Shown here: positions 35,084 through 46,268 of the stretch, piece by piece
How the letters are laid out: every line of letters starts with the position of its first letter
Position numbering within the stretch: the stretch's first letter is position 1
From: an uncultured Clostridia bacterium
GTDB lineage: Bacteria; Bacillota; Clostridia; TANB77; CAG-465
Assembly: GCA_947625855.1 (NCBI GenBank)
Contig: CANQPW010000002.1
Location: 3,472-67,471, forward strand
Length of the DNA stretch: 64,000 nucleotides
Direction: 5' to 3'
Notes under the pieces: generated by a model
The model's database searches: none
What the model was told of the DNA's origin: nothing
Seen by the model: the letters and a program-made list of their open reading frames with translations, nothing else
Position numbers and translations under genes: made by a program

Positions 35084-35779
35084 TTAAGCTTTTCTAATTA
35101 AAACTATTGGTGTTAAAGTTTTAGTCTGTCCTGCTGGGTTATCCTTTACCATTTGTTTTAATTCTTCATCAGTATTTGTTATAACGTCACTTTTTCCAAG
35201 TATTTCAACATTAAAATCATTAGCATCAACTATCATTGCCTTAACGCCTGTTTTTTCATAAATTTCATTACAAACACCTGTTGAATTATCAGGTATTCTA
35301 ATTCCAAAATCAGCATAATCTGTAAATACATTTCCATAAAATCCATCTAATCCACTAATTTCTGGTCCTACTATTTCATAAAATACGCCTTTTTTACCAA
35401 ACAGTTTACAAATACCACCTGCTATTGCAGCATATAAAACTTTAAATCTACCACATAAGTTAATTGCAAATTGCATTTTGTATGGATTATCAACACCAAC
35501 ACCCGCATCACTTTTCATAGCAAATTTTGATAAAAATTTTGCAAGTCTTGATACTTTTACATCCTTTTTATATATTATTCTTTTTTGACATAAGCTAATT
35601 ATCTTCTCACTTATTGATATTATATCTCCTTCTTGATATATAGGTTTTACATACTTTTCAATTATATCTATATAATTTTCACCAATTTGAATATAGTGAG
35701 TTTTAATTGCATGTCTTAAATACTTTTCATCATTTACCATTATCTCAACATTTTTTCCATCTAACGCTTTAAACTCCAT
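35084..35779 (-). CDS. CofE-like (F420-0:gamma-glutamyl ligase family fold) protein
   Basis: GDIISISEKIISLCQKRII, IVDAND, GQTKTLTPIVLIR resemble the F420_ligase family pattern. Moderate call. Confidence 0.4.
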   Translation of the reverse strand: MEFKALDGKNVEIMVNDEKYLRHAIKTHYIQIGENYIDIIEKYVKPIYQEGDIISISEKIISLCQKRIIYKKDVKVSRLAKFLSKFAMKSDAGVGVDNPYKMQFAINLCGRFKVLYAAIAGGICKLFGKKGVFYEIVGPEISGLDGFYGNVFTDYADFGIRIPDNSTGVCNEIYEKTGVKAMIVDANDFNVEILGKSDVITNTDEELKQMVKDNPAGQTKTLTPIVLIRKA

Positions 35780-35867
35780 AAATATACCTCTTTTCCATAT
35801 GATTTATTTAGAATTAGTATAATATAAATAAAAATAAATGTCAATTGATTTGACATTTATTCTTAAT

Positions 35868-36195
35868 GTAAGCATTTCATAAGCCGGATTCTGTTTTAAA
35901 TAGTCATTTATCTAGAATATATATCACTATATATTTCAAGCCACCAACCACGAAAGATGACGGGCCGTCTTAGCCTTTCTATATTTGGTGTTGCACCAAG
36001 TGGGGTTTACACCATTTCTATGTCTCCATAAAAATTTGTGAGCTCTTACCTCGCATTTTCACCCTTACCATAAATGGCGGTTATTTTCTGTTGCACTTTC
36101 CTTAGGATTTCTCCCACTAGACGTTATCTAGCACTATTGCCCTACGGTGTCCGGACTTTCCTCTTGAATAATTCAAGCGACTATTAGAAATACTC
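35868..36195 (-). ncRNA. rnpB: RNase P RNA (bacterial type B)
   Basis: The minus strand contains AGAGGAAAGUCCGGAC, ACAGAAAAUAACCGCC, GGUAAGGGUGAAA, GGUAAGAGCUCACA and ACAGAAUCCGGCUUA. P1 is GUAUUUC/GAAAUGC. A terminator hairpin (35837-35859) follows. Confidence 0.9.
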
Positions 36196-36292
36196 TTTTA
36201 TTATTATAACACAAAAATAAAAAAAATAAAACAATTTTTGAATAAAAATTACTGTAATTTCCATAATAAAAATAAGGAGATATATATAATAT

Positions 36293-37885
36293 ATGGAAGA
36301 AAATAAAACAATAAATTTTAAAACATCTGAAGAAATTATAAACTATATAAAAAATAGTAGTTTCAATTCTCCAGATATGATATACAAAAAAATTACTATT
36401 CAAAATGAAATAATATATTTAATATATAACGAATCTGTTTCCGATGAAGACATTATATCTAATTTTGTTATAAGAAGTTTAAAAAACAGTCTTAGTGAGA
36501 AATTAATTGAAAATATAGATTACAATATTGAAACGTTAGATCAAAAAAAAGATGAAAAGAAACAAACTTTAAAGGAAAAAATAGATTTAAAGATTAAAGA
36601 TTTAAAAAATGATAATAAAAAAGAAATCAAAAAAGTTATTGAAAATTTAGAAGATATAATATCTATTGGAAAAGTAAAACAAATAGATTTATCAAAGGAG
36701 GATATTTTTTATTATATTTTCTCTGGATTTTCATGTCTAATATATGACACATTAATTTATGCTTTAAATACAAAAGCTGATTTAAATAGAGCAATTAGTG
36801 AACCTACAACTGAGAAAAATATAAAAGGACCAAAAGATGCTTTCAATGAGAACTATTCTAAAAATATTGGGCTTATAAGAAAACGTTTAAAAACAGAAAA
36901 ATTAGTCCTTGAAGAAAGTAAAATTGGAAGAAGAAGTAAAACAAAAGTAGGTTTAATGTATATACAAGACATAGCTAGACCAAGACTTGTAAAATACATA
37001 AAAGATAAACTTAAAAAGATTGATATTGATGCAATACTTGATAGCAATTATATAATGGAAATTTTAGAAGATTCCAATAAAACAGATTTTCCAACTATGA
37101 TAAGTACAGAAAGACCAGATTTAACATCTAATTTATTACTTCAAGGAAGAATAGCAATTATTGTTGAAAATAGTCCTTTTGTACTTGTTATGCCAGCATT
37201 TATTACCGACTTTATAAACAACATTGAAGATTACTATCAAAAAGATATAAATGTATCTGTAACTAAATTTATAAGGTACATTGCTTTTTTTATAACAATT
37301 TTTACACCAGCAATATATGTAGCTTTAACAACTTTTGACCAAGAGTCCATTCCAACAGAGCTACTTTTATCCTTTGCAACACAAAGAGAAGGTGTTCCGT
37401 TTCCAGCATATTTTGAAGCATTTTTAATGATTATATCATTTGAGATTCTAAGAGAAGGTGACTTTAGAATTCCAAACATTGGTGGTAGCACACTTTCAAT
37501 TGTTGGAGCATTAATACTTGGAGATGCAGCTGTAAATGCAGGTATTGTATCCCCTATAATGATAATAGTTATAGCAATAACTACAATATCTGGTTTAATG
37601 TTTAATGATCTTAATATGTCAAACGCACTAAGAACGTGGCGTTTTATACTGTTAATCTTTGCAAGTATAGCAGGGCTTGTTGGTGTTGCAATTGGACTTG
37701 TTTTACTAATTATAAAACTTGCTAGTACAACTAGTGCAACTAAACCATATACATATCCTATTGCACCATTAAATTTTGATTCTCTTAGTAAATATTTATT
37801 TAAAAGAGAAAATATATCTAAGGATTATAAAAGGCAAAAAATTCTTACTGATAATTTAACAAAATATACAAAGGTTAAGGAGTAA
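36293..37885 (+). CDS. Spore germination protein, GerA family A subunit
   Basis: GPKDAFNE..., LIRKRLK, RIAIIVENSPFVLVMPA, and a C-terminal TM bundle. First gene of an A-C-B operon. Confidence 0.9.
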   Translation: MEENKTINFKTSEEIINYIKNSSFNSPDMIYKKITIQNEIIYLIYNESVSDEDIISNFVIRSLKNSLSEKLIENIDYNIETLDQKKDEKKQTLKEKIDLKIKDLKNDNKKEIKKVIENLEDIISIGKVKQIDLSKEDIFYYIFSGFSCLIYDTLIYALNTKADLNRAISEPTTEKNIKGPKDAFNENYSKNIGLIRKRLKTEKLVLEESKIGRRSKTKVGLMYIQDIARPRLVKYIKDKLKKIDIDAILDSNYIMEILEDSNKTDFPTMISTERPDLTSNLLLQGRIAIIVENSPFVLVMPAFITDFINNIEDYYQKDINVSVTKFIRYIAFFITIFTPAIYVALTTFDQESIPTELLLSFATQREGVPFPAYFEAFLMIISFEILREGDFRIPNIGGSTLSIVGALILGDAAVNAGIVSPIMIIVIAITTISGLMFNDLNMSNALRTWRFILLIFASIAGLVGVAIGLVLLIIKLASTTSATKPYTYPIAPLNFDSLSKYLFKRENISKDYKRQKILTDNLTKYTKVKE

Positions 37886-37890
37886 TTTAA

Positions 37891-39132
37891 ATGAAATCAA
37901 AAATAATATTTTTATTAATTGTTATGTTTTTGCTAAATGGTCTTAAAAATTCTCGTGAGCTTACTGATCTTGCAATAGTATCTGCAATAGGTATTGATTT
38001 AGATGATAACGGTAAATATATAGTTACATCTCAAATATTAAATACCAAAAAGGAAAATAGTTCTGGAAGTGGTGCTGGTAGTTCTAATAGTTCTAGTGAA
38101 ATTGTTGTTCTCTCTACATCAGAGGAAAGCATACAAGCAGCATTAAGAAATAGTATTGAAGAATCACCAAAAAGGCTTTATCTTGCACATATGGAGCTAC
38201 TTTTAATATCAGAAAAAATAGCAAGAGAAGAAGAAATATTAGACATTTTAGACTTTTTTATAAGAGATAATGAAGGAAGTAATAATTTTATGTTAGTTAT
38301 AGCAAAAAATGCTACTCCTGAGGAACTTTTAAATATTATAACTCCACTTGAATCAAGTCCTGCACAAAATATAAAAGATAGCATTCTTACAACTCATAGA
38401 TATAGAGGAATAAGCACAAATAATACACTCAGTGAAAATGTTGCAATGTTTAAAAAAGAAAGTCAAACCTCAGTAATTGCAAGTATAGAGTTAAATAAAG
38501 AAAACAAAAACTCAGATGATAATACATCTAAAAAAGAAGATATACAGGAAAGTTCAGCAACATCATCAAGTGAAAAAGAAAAAACTAGTAATAATGAAGA
38601 TGAACAAATAAAAGTATCAGACCTTGCCTATTTTAAATATAAAACATTAACTGGATATTTAACACAAAAAGAAAGTTATATATATAACATTCTTACAAAT
38701 GATGCTTCTGGTGGAATTTTAGAGGTTGGAAAAGATGATGATCTTTTGGTTGTAGAGCAAATTAAATCTAATGCAAAATTAACGCCTAGAATTGAAAATG
38801 ATGAGTATTTTATTGATATTTCAGTAAATATGAGCTGTAATATAACAGAAACAGGTAAAAATGTAACTTTTGATACACAAGAAAATATAGAAAATTATCA
38901 AAATGAAGTAGCAAATACTTTAAAAAATCAAATTGAAACACTAATTGAAAAATCAAAAAATGAATATGATTGTGATATTTTAAGCTTTGGTAATGTCTTT
39001 TATAAATATAAGAATAAAGATTATAATAAAATGAAAGAAAAATATGGTACAGAATATTATAAATATATTAATACAACTGTTAATGTAAAAGTAACATTTC
39101 CAACAGAGGGAGGTGTTGATAATATATGGTAG
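37891..39132 (+). CDS. Spore germination protein, Ger(x)C-family lipoprotein
   Basis: Signal/lipobox-like N-terminus, RELTDLAIVSAIGID, with typical position and length. Confidence 0.8.
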   Translation: MKSKIIFLLIVMFLLNGLKNSRELTDLAIVSAIGIDLDDNGKYIVTSQILNTKKENSSGSGAGSSNSSSEIVVLSTSEESIQAALRNSIEESPKRLYLAHMELLLISEKIAREEEILDILDFFIRDNEGSNNFMLVIAKNATPEELLNIITPLESSPAQNIKDSILTTHRYRGISTNNTLSENVAMFKKESQTSVIASIELNKENKNSDDNTSKKEDIQESSATSSSEKEKTSNNEDEQIKVSDLAYFKYKTLTGYLTQKESYIYNILTNDASGGILEVGKDDDLLVVEQIKSNAKLTPRIENDEYFIDISVNMSCNITETGKNVTFDTQENIENYQNEVANTLKNQIETLIEKSKNEYDCDILSFGNVFYKYKNKDYNKMKEKYGTEYYKYINTTVNVKVTFPTEGGVDNIW

Positions 39133-40262
39133 AAAATAATGAAAAGACTTCAAATGATGAAAGTAACAGGCTAACTACTTGGGGATATTCAAGTTTTATT
39201 GTTACATTAACTAAAAGTGGTTTTTTAGGAATGGCATCATATATAATGTTTTCATACAGTAATATAGATACATATATTTCAGCAATCCTTGGTACAATAA
39301 TTGGAATTATTCCACTATTAATATTTATTTTTTTAATGAAACATAGTGAAAATAAAGATATTATAGACTTAAATAATTCTTTATTTGGAAAAATATTTGG
39401 TAATATATTAAATGTAATATTAAATCTTGCAGTATTATTTATGGCAATTATGGCATTATACAATATTTCCCAATTTATGGATATACAATATATGCCTGAT
39501 ACTGATACAAACTACTTAAGAATTTTAATACTTGTTCCAATAGTATATGCTGCAAGTAAAAATATAAATGTAATATCTAAAATAAGTCAAATTATTTTAA
39601 TGATTAATCTTAGCATATTTTTATTAACATTATTTGGAACTATTGGTGGTGGAAAGATAGATAACATATTTCCAATACTTAAAAATGGTATTCATCCAAT
39701 AATTAATAGTACATTGGTTTATGTTATATTTACTACATTTCCTATTTTTCTTCTTACAATAATTCCTCAAAGTGATGTTATGCAAGAAAAACATAAAGCT
39801 AGAAAACTATTTTTTATGTATTTACTTGGAAATATAATGCTAATTATAATAATAATCTTAACTGTAATTATACTTGGTGAAGATTTAATTCCTATGTTTA
39901 GATACCCAGAATACATTGCACTAAAAAAATTTAAACTTTTTACAATAATTGAAAGAATAGAAAATACGTTATCACTACAATTTGTTTTTAATTCAATTAT
40001 GTACTTAATTGTATCCTTTCATTTTATCATACGAAGTATTAAGAAAATATTTAAACATACACAAAGAGAAAATTTATTTCCTTATATTTTAGCAATAATT
40101 GTACTAATTGGTTCAAATTTATTCTTTAAAAATACAACTCAATCAACTAATTTTATAAAACAATTTGTACCATATATTATTTGCATAGGTATATTTATTC
40201 CAATGGCAATTACTTTTTTTGGTACTTTAATAAAAAGTATAAAGAAAAAAAATGAGAGTTAA
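39126..40262 (+). CDS. Spore germination protein, GerAB-type (APC-like) permease
   Basis: About ten TM segments, overlaps the C-subunit stop, typical length. Confidence 0.8.
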   Translation: MVENNEKTSNDESNRLTTWGYSSFIVTLTKSGFLGMASYIMFSYSNIDTYISAILGTIIGIIPLLIFIFLMKHSENKDIIDLNNSLFGKIFGNILNVILNLAVLFMAIMALYNISQFMDIQYMPDTDTNYLRILILVPIVYAASKNINVISKISQIILMINLSIFLLTLFGTIGGGKIDNIFPILKNGIHPIINSTLVYVIFTTFPIFLLTIIPQSDVMQEKHKARKLFFMYLLGNIMLIIIIILTVIILGEDLIPMFRYPEYIALKKFKLFTIIERIENTLSLQFVFNSIMYLIVSFHFIIRSIKKIFKHTQRENLFPYILAIIVLIGSNLFFKNTTQSTNFIKQFVPYIICIGIFIPMAITFFGTLIKSIKKKNES

Positions 40263-40286
40263 CCTCCCATTTTTTTATTTTTATTC

Positions 40287-42758
40287 TTATTTTTCTTCTT
40301 CTTCATCTTCTGGTGGTATTTTTGCTATATTTATTACTTTTCCACCATCAGATGTTCTCATAAGTGTAACACCTTGTGTATTTCTACCTAAGACACTAAT
40401 ATCCTTTACATTTATTCTTATGATAATTCCAGTATCTGTTATCATCATTATATCGTCATCATCATCTACAATTTTTATTCCTATTATATGTCCTGTTTTT
40501 GGAGTAGTTTTATATGTTAATACACCTTTTCCACTTCTTCCTTGTGTTCTATACTCTTCTATCTCAGTACGTTTTCCAAATCCATTTTCTGTAATAGCAA
40601 GAATGCATCCATTTTCATTGTATATTGGTTCCATTCCTATTACTTTGTCTTCTTCTGATAATGTAATACCTTTAACACCCATTGATGTTCTTCCAACAGC
40701 TCTTACATCTTCTTCATTAAATCTTATTGAAAGACCTTTTTGTGTAGCTATTACAATATCATTTGTACCATTTGTAAGTCTTACATCAATTAACTCATCA
40801 TCTTCTCTTAAAGTAATACCTTGTATTCCTGTCTTCCTTATATTACTATATTCAGCAAGTTTTGTTTTCTTGATTAATCCATTACATGTTGCCATAAGTA
40901 CATATAAATCATCTTCATAATTTTTTACAGGAATTACAGCAGCAATTTTTTCACCTTGAGCAAGTTGTAATAAATTAACTATTGCTGTACCTTTAGCTGT
41001 TCTTCCACCTTCTGGTAATTCATAAGCTTTTATTCTAAATGCTTTACCAGTATTAGTAAAGAACATTATATAATCATGTGTTGATGTTATGAAAAGATGC
41101 TCTACAAAATCTTCTTCACGTGTGTTCATTGCTGTAAGTCCTTTACCACCACGTTTTTGACTTCTATATACATCAGCAGCTATTCTCTTTACATATCCAA
41201 AATGAGTTATAGTAACTACATTTGTTTCCTCTTTTATAAGACTTTCTACATCTATATCACCTTCGCCGTGTGTTATAGATGTTTTTCTTTCATCACCATA
41301 ATTATTTTTTATTTCAGTTAATTCTTCTCTTATAATATCTTTTACAAGTTGCTCAGATTCAAGAATTTCTTTTAAATGCTTTATTAATGCAATTAAACTA
41401 TTATATTCTTCTTCTATTTTTTCTCTTTGCAAACCTTGTAAAGTTCTAAGTCTCATTTCAAGTATGGCATTTGCTTGTATTTCAGAAAGTCCAAATGTTT
41501 CCATAAGTTTTTGTTGTGCATTGTCATATGATTGCCTTATAATTCTTACAATTTCGTCTATATTATCAATTGCAATTCTTAAGCCTTCTAAAATATGTAA
41601 TCTTGCCTCTGCTTTGTTTAAATCAAATCTAGTTCTTCTTACTATAACACTTTCTCTATGTTTTATATACTCTGCAAGTATTTCTCTTAAAGTAAGAACT
41701 TTTGGTTGACCATCAACTAAAGCAAGCATTAACATACTTATTGATGTTTGTAATTGTGTATGTTTATAAAGTAAGTTTAAAACAACATTTGGATTTGCAT
41801 CCTTCTTTAATTCTATAACTATTCTTAAGCCTTCTCTATCTGATTCATCTCTTAAATCAGAAATGCCTTCAATAGTTTTTATTTGTACTAATTTTGCTAT
41901 ATTTTCAACAAGTGCAGCTTTATTTACTTGATATGGTATTTCAGTAACAATAATTCTATATCTTCCTCTATTATCTTCTTCAATTTCTGCTTTTGCTCTA
42001 ACACATACTTTACCTCTACCAGTAGTATATGCTTCTTTTATTCCTTCTTTACCTACAATAATACCAGCAGTAGGGAAATCTGGTCCTTTGATATATTCCA
42101 TTAATTCTTCATTTGTAATATCTGGATTATCAAGTTGTGCAATAGTACCATTTATTACTTCTGTAAGATTATGTGTTGGAATATTACAAGCCATACCAAC
42201 AGCTATACCATAAGATCCATTTATTAAAAGATTTGGTAATTTTGCTGGTAATACAGATGGTTCTTTTAATCTATCATCATAGTTTGGTACAAAATCTACA
42301 GTTTCTTTGTCAAGATCGGCAAGCATTTCTAATGCTATTTTATGAAGTTTTGCTTCTGTATACCTCATGGCAGCAGGTGGATCATTATCTATTGAACCAA
42401 AGTTACCATGACCATTTACTAATGGATATCTTAAAGAGAAATCTTGAGATAAACGAACTAACGCATCATATATAGCAGCATCACCATGAGGGTGATAATT
42501 ACCCATAACGTCACCAACTATACTTGCTGATTTTCTAAATGGTTTTTCAGGCCATAATGCTAGCTCATTCATTACGTATAATATTCTTCTATGTACTGGT
42601 TTTAAACCATCTCTTACATCAGGCAATGCACGTGATACTATAACACTCATAGCATAGTCAATGTATGATTTTTTCATTTCTTCCTCTATTTTTACAGGTA
42701 CAATTTTTTGTGCCGATAAAAAGTTTTCATCATTAATGTCCATTAATTCTACCTCCAT
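40287..42758 (-). CDS. gyrA: DNA gyrase subunit A
   Basis: [31 protein letters not shown], catalytic AMRYTE, GyrA box QKRGGKG, beta-pinwheel repeats, acidic tail. ATG 42743 is an alternative start. Confidence 0.9.
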   Translation of the reverse strand: MEVELMDINDENFLSAQKIVPVKIEEEMKKSYIDYAMSVIVSRALPDVRDGLKPVHRRILYVMNELALWPEKPFRKSASIVGDVMGNYHPHGDAAIYDALVRLSQDFSLRYPLVNGHGNFGSIDNDPPAAMRYTEAKLHKIALEMLADLDKETVDFVPNYDDRLKEPSVLPAKLPNLLINGSYGIAVGMACNIPTHNLTEVINGTIAQLDNPDITNEELMEYIKGPDFPTAGIIVGKEGIKEAYTTGRGKVCVRAKAEIEEDNRGRYRIIVTEIPYQVNKAALVENIAKLVQIKTIEGISDLRDESDREGLRIVIELKKDANPNVVLNLLYKHTQLQTSISMLMLALVDGQPKVLTLREILAEYIKHRESVIVRRTRFDLNKAEARLHILEGLRIAIDNIDEIVRIIRQSYDNAQQKLMETFGLSEIQANAILEMRLRTLQGLQREKIEEEYNSLIALIKHLKEILESEQLVKDIIREELTEIKNNYGDERKTSITHGEGDIDVESLIKEETNVVTITHFGYVKRIAADVYRSQKRGGKGLTAMNTREEDFVEHLFITSTHDYIMFFTNTGKAFRIKAYELPEGGRTAKGTAIVNLLQLAQGEKIAAVIPVKNYEDDLYVLMATCNGLIKKTKLAEYSNIRKTGIQGITLREDDELIDVRLTNGTNDIVIATQKGLSIRFNEEDVRAVGRTSMGVKGITLSEEDKVIGMEPIYNENGCILAITENGFGKRTEIEEYRTQGRSGKGVLTYKTTPKTGHIIGIKIVDDDDDIMMITDTGIIIRINVKDISVLGRNTQGVTLMRTSDGGKVINIAKIPPEDEEEEK

Positions 42759-42877
42759 TATTTACCCCCTTATTATACAAGAAAAAAAATAAAAAAGCAA
42801 GTCAAAGTTCTTGAATTTTCATCTAAATATGATATAATGTAAAAAAGTTGAAATATATTGTTTTTAAGGGGTAACTT

Positions 42878-43822
42878 ATGAAATACAAGAACTATTATGA
42901 AATACTAGGAGTAACTAGAAAAACTCCTATTCAAGAGATAAAGTTAAATTACAGGCACCTTGCAAAATTATATCATCCTGATACTAATAAAAGTCCTGAA
43001 GCTGAAGAAAAATTTAAAGATGTTAATGAAGCTTATGCTACATTAACAAATGAAGAAAAAAGAAAAAAATATGATAGACAAGTTGCAAGACTAGGATATG
43101 GATTTACTGATTCAAACTCTAGTCTATCAAATGTAAAATATGAATTCAAATCTGGTATGAATGCTTTTAATGATTTACTTACAACAATACTTGGATTTAA
43201 GAAGGAAAATCCTGAAGAAGAAAATAAAAATGAGACTTTAGATTCTAGTCAAGAAAATACTCAAAATAAAAAGAAACCTATAAAAGGTACTGATATTATA
43301 ACACATCTTGATGTAAGCCTTGAAGAAGGATATTTTGGTGTAGAAAAGAAAATTGCAATAAAAGCTTTTAAAGCTGGTATGAGAACTTACTCTGTTAAAG
43401 TACCTGTTGGTATTAAAAGTGGTGATAAAATACGTTTAGCCGCTCTTGGAAATCCTGGTAAAAATGGTGGAAAAAATGGTGATTTAATCATAAACGTAAG
43501 ACTTATAGACGATAGTGATTTTAGTTTAGATGGTGTAGATTTACAAAAAGAAATTGAAATTACACCTGCTGTTGCTGCTTTAGGTGGAAAATATAAGCTT
43601 CAAGTTATGGATGAAAAACTTTTTGTTTCACTTCCAAAGCATTTAAGAGATGGTGAAATAGTAACTGTTCCAAACAAAGGATATATTGATGAAAATGGTG
43701 AAAGAGGTAACTTAAATTTAAAAATACATATAGATATGCCAATTGATATTTCAGAAAAAGAAGAAGAATTATACCAACAATTGCTTAATATTGAAACAAA
43801 AAAAGATAATATTTATTTATAA
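42878..43822 (+). CDS. J-domain co-chaperone without Zn finger (CbpA-like DnaJ homologue)
   Basis: NYYEILGV...LAKLYHPDTNK...EAYATL...KRKKYD, plus two CTD repeats (KVPVGIKSGDKIRLAALG...NGDLIINVRLI). Confidence 0.85.
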   Translation: MKYKNYYEILGVTRKTPIQEIKLNYRHLAKLYHPDTNKSPEAEEKFKDVNEAYATLTNEEKRKKYDRQVARLGYGFTDSNSSLSNVKYEFKSGMNAFNDLLTTILGFKKENPEEENKNETLDSSQENTQNKKKPIKGTDIITHLDVSLEEGYFGVEKKIAIKAFKAGMRTYSVKVPVGIKSGDKIRLAALGNPGKNGGKNGDLIINVRLIDDSDFSLDGVDLQKEIEITPAVAALGGKYKLQVMDEKLFVSLPKHLRDGEIVTVPNKGYIDENGERGNLNLKIHIDMPIDISEKEEELYQQLLNIETKKDNIYL

Positions 43823-43852
43823 AAAGCACACTATAAAAGTGTGCTTTTTTCA

Positions 43853-44323
43853 CTAATCATTATATAATTTTATCTTTTTTCTAAAATGATTTTCAATACA
43901 ATTAACAAATTTATCTCTAAAAAATAAAACTACACACATAAAAACTGCATATATACAAACAATTATGATATTAATATTATTATTTGATAAATTTAACGTA
44001 TAAAATAAGGCTATAAATACCATTAAAAATGATAAGAATAATGTAACTGATGTTTCTAAAAAATAATTATCACTAAGCAAAAAATATATTATTTTATTAT
44101 TAATAACAGTATTTATATTATATTTTTTTAGATTACGAAAAATTGAATACATACTTATATAAAAATATGCAATAACAAATAACAAAAGTGCTATTAGGAT
44201 ATTTTCATATAATATTAATAGTAAAATACAAAAAAACATAAGTAACAAAGTAATTAAACTAGCAATTAAAAAAATGCTTTTTTTATTACTCATATTAAAT
44301 AACATTTTTTTGAATCTTTTCAC
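43853..44323 (-). CDS. Integral membrane hypothetical protein
   Basis: Four hydrophobic segments. No family recognised. Confidence 0.5.
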   Translation of the reverse strand: MKRFKKMLFNMSNKKSIFLIASLITLLLMFFCILLLILYENILIALLLFVIAYFYISMYSIFRNLKKYNINTVINNKIIYFLLSDNYFLETSVTLFLSFLMVFIALFYTLNLSNNNINIIIVCIYAVFMCVVLFFRDKFVNCIENHFRKKIKLYND

Positions 44324-44335
44324 ACTTTGTCCTCC

Positions 44336-45145
44336 TTAAAATATTTTATACTCATCATCAATTTTTGTAAGTAAAACATCATAATCATTTGGAAAAACTT
44401 TTAAGTAATCTTCTTCTTTTAAAGATGCTTTTATATGAGAAGCAAGTATTCTTTTTACTCCACAATCAATTAAATCTTCAATAACATCCTGTGTTTTTCC
44501 ATGATACCCTGGTAGGGTTTTAGCACTATCCTTATTTGGATGTCCTGAATCAATTAATGTGCATATTGAGTTTTGGCAGAATTGTTTTAATTTTCTTGAA
44601 ACATACGCCATATCAGAAGTATATATAAAATTAATATCATTTTTTTCTATTTTTGTTGCATAACATTCCCCTCTATGTTCCGTTTGACAAAAGCTAAACT
44701 TATACTCATCAATAAAGAAAGTAGTGTCTTCGTTTATTATATAAACATCAAAAATCTTACTAAATATTTTTATATATGTATACATTAAACTTCTCTTTGG
44801 TAAATAAACTTTTAAATGCGTATTTTTATTTCTTTTTAAGGCTTTTTTTACTAATAAGTACATACTTAAAGGAATCATATCAAAAGAATGATCAATATGA
44901 TTATGAGATAAAATAATAACTACATCATATATATCTTTATTATTAGTACTTAATTCTTTTAATAATCTAGGTAAAACACCCATTCCTAAATCTAATACAA
45001 CAATTTTTTTCAATCCTTTTATATAATAACCAGAACATGGATAATTTTTTATACTTCTAAGATTGGGAGCATAATTTCCAAGAACTTTTATTTTTATTTC
45101 AGACAATTTGTACTCCTCCTTAAAAATTATTTTTTCCAGATTCAT
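44336..45145 (-). CDS. MBL-fold metallo-hydrolase
   Basis: ILSHNHIDHSFD (HxHxDH), and a downstream H and D. Confidence 0.75.
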   Translation of the reverse strand: MNLEKIIFKEEYKLSEIKIKVLGNYAPNLRSIKNYPCSGYYIKGLKKIVVLDLGMGVLPRLLKELSTNNKDIYDVVIILSHNHIDHSFDMIPLSMYLLVKKALKRNKNTHLKVYLPKRSLMYTYIKIFSKIFDVYIINEDTTFFIDEYKFSFCQTEHRGECYATKIEKNDINFIYTSDMAYVSRKLKQFCQNSICTLIDSGHPNKDSAKTLPGYHGKTQDVIEDLIDCGVKRILASHIKASLKEEDYLKVFPNDYDVLLTKIDDEYKIF

Positions 45146-45192
45146 AACAAAAATTCCTATTTATTATATCATATTTTAACTTTTTTTCAACG

Positions 45193-45225
45193 AAAAAAAA
45201 ACAGACCTTAAATTTCAAGATCTGT
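45193..45225 (-). terminator. Rho-independent terminator of the GC-rich orphan gene
   Basis: Minus strand reads ACAGATC, loop, GGTCTGT, followed by T8. Confidence 0.6.
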
Positions 45226-45297
45226 TTTTGTTTCTGAAACCTTGCATTTGCATTTCCTTAATTTAGGAACTATCGCAAATACATGTTTCAGTCCGTC

Positions 45298-45999
45298 CTA
45301 TGACAACTTTGGAAGTCCAACCAACTTCATTGGATCTTCCAACGTGTAGAGGATGCTGAAACAATTGTGACAGTCCCTCTCGTGCTGGGTCTGCTTATGA
45401 ATTGTCCAGCTTGCCCCAGAAACATTTACATACTCATCCTGTTCGTATGCAGATGTCATCGGGAACTCCTCCTGCCAGTTATTAGTTCTGCCGGTATCAT
45501 ACCCGGCATCGGCCTTATTCCCATCCGTGAGTAGCAGCGACTCACACTCGCCACCACCATATCTAGCATTACGGATGTAAAACAAGCCATTGGGATCCTT
45601 ATGCTTTACAGCAGAGATCCCATGCTCCTTAAGGAAGTTCTCGAAACTGCTATCCCTAAAATAGGCATAGCGCTCGTCTATATATCCTCCGGCAAGTCCA
45701 ATGACTCCGTCAGATAACTTCCTTCCTCTCGGAAGCACATAACCCTTTTTCAGGGTTACGACCGGTTGGTATGGCACCCTTAAGGTTAGCTTAGCTAACC
45801 CATTCTCCGTGATGGTATACCGTACAGAATGCCAACCATCCGAGTACTCACGCTCGGAAAGACATTCTATGCTACCATCCTCGTTAATGGTGCACGTCCA
45901 ACCATTACCAATAGCTCTAGTCGGCCCTACTTCATAAATATACCGCCCTTCGGCCTTTACAAAGAAGCCGTTTTCCAAGTACAATTTCATCGTTGCCAT
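45298..45999 (-). CDS. Hypothetical protein (233 aa) in a GC-rich foreign cassette
   Basis: Clean ORF with AGGGAAAGGA before the ATG. Codon and G+C composition differ strikingly from the flanks. No family recognised. Confidence 0.7.
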   Translation of the reverse strand: MATMKLYLENGFFVKAEGRYIYEVGPTRAIGNGWTCTINEDGSIECLSEREYSDGWHSVRYTITENGLAKLTLRVPYQPVVTLKKGYVLPRGRKLSDGVIGLAGGYIDERYAYFRDSSFENFLKEHGISAVKHKDPNGLFYIRNARYGGGECESLLLTDGNKADAGYDTGRTNNWQEEFPMTSAYEQDEYVNVSGASWTIHKQTQHERDCHNCFSILYTLEDPMKLVGLPKLS

Positions 46000-46268
46000 A
46001 TTATCCTTTCCCTACTACCCATTTAATGGCGTTCGTTCCCAAAATGTGAGTTTGGCAAACTCGCATTCCTGCTTCTTTAGCGGGGCTTACATTTTTTTAT
46101 TTTTTATTATTTTTCCCGCACTTATAATTATAGTGCGGTTTTTATTAACTACAATTTTATTATAAATCATTTTAAGAATTATGTCAAGTAATATAACATA
46201 CGTTTTAGTTATATACTGTATAAGTTAAAATTATACACAAAGGACATAGCAATTTTTGCTATGTCCTT

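Noticed and set aside
36173-36403. 76-aa minus-strand ORF
   Set aside because: Its 3' end overlaps the 5' end of RNase P RNA, and the rest is antisense to the gerA promoter and 5' end. The product is a hydrophobic low-complexity peptide with no RBS.
40252-40920. 222-aa plus-strand ORF rich in Ser/Phe/Ile
   Set aside because: It is antisense to the 3' end of gyrA, whose beta-pinwheel repeats are clearly coded on the minus strand. Its composition is that of a shadow frame.
40287-42758. Topoisomerase IV subunit ParC instead of GyrA
   Set aside because: A GyrA box (QKRGGKG) is present at the start of the C-terminal domain, and this motif is characteristic of gyrase.
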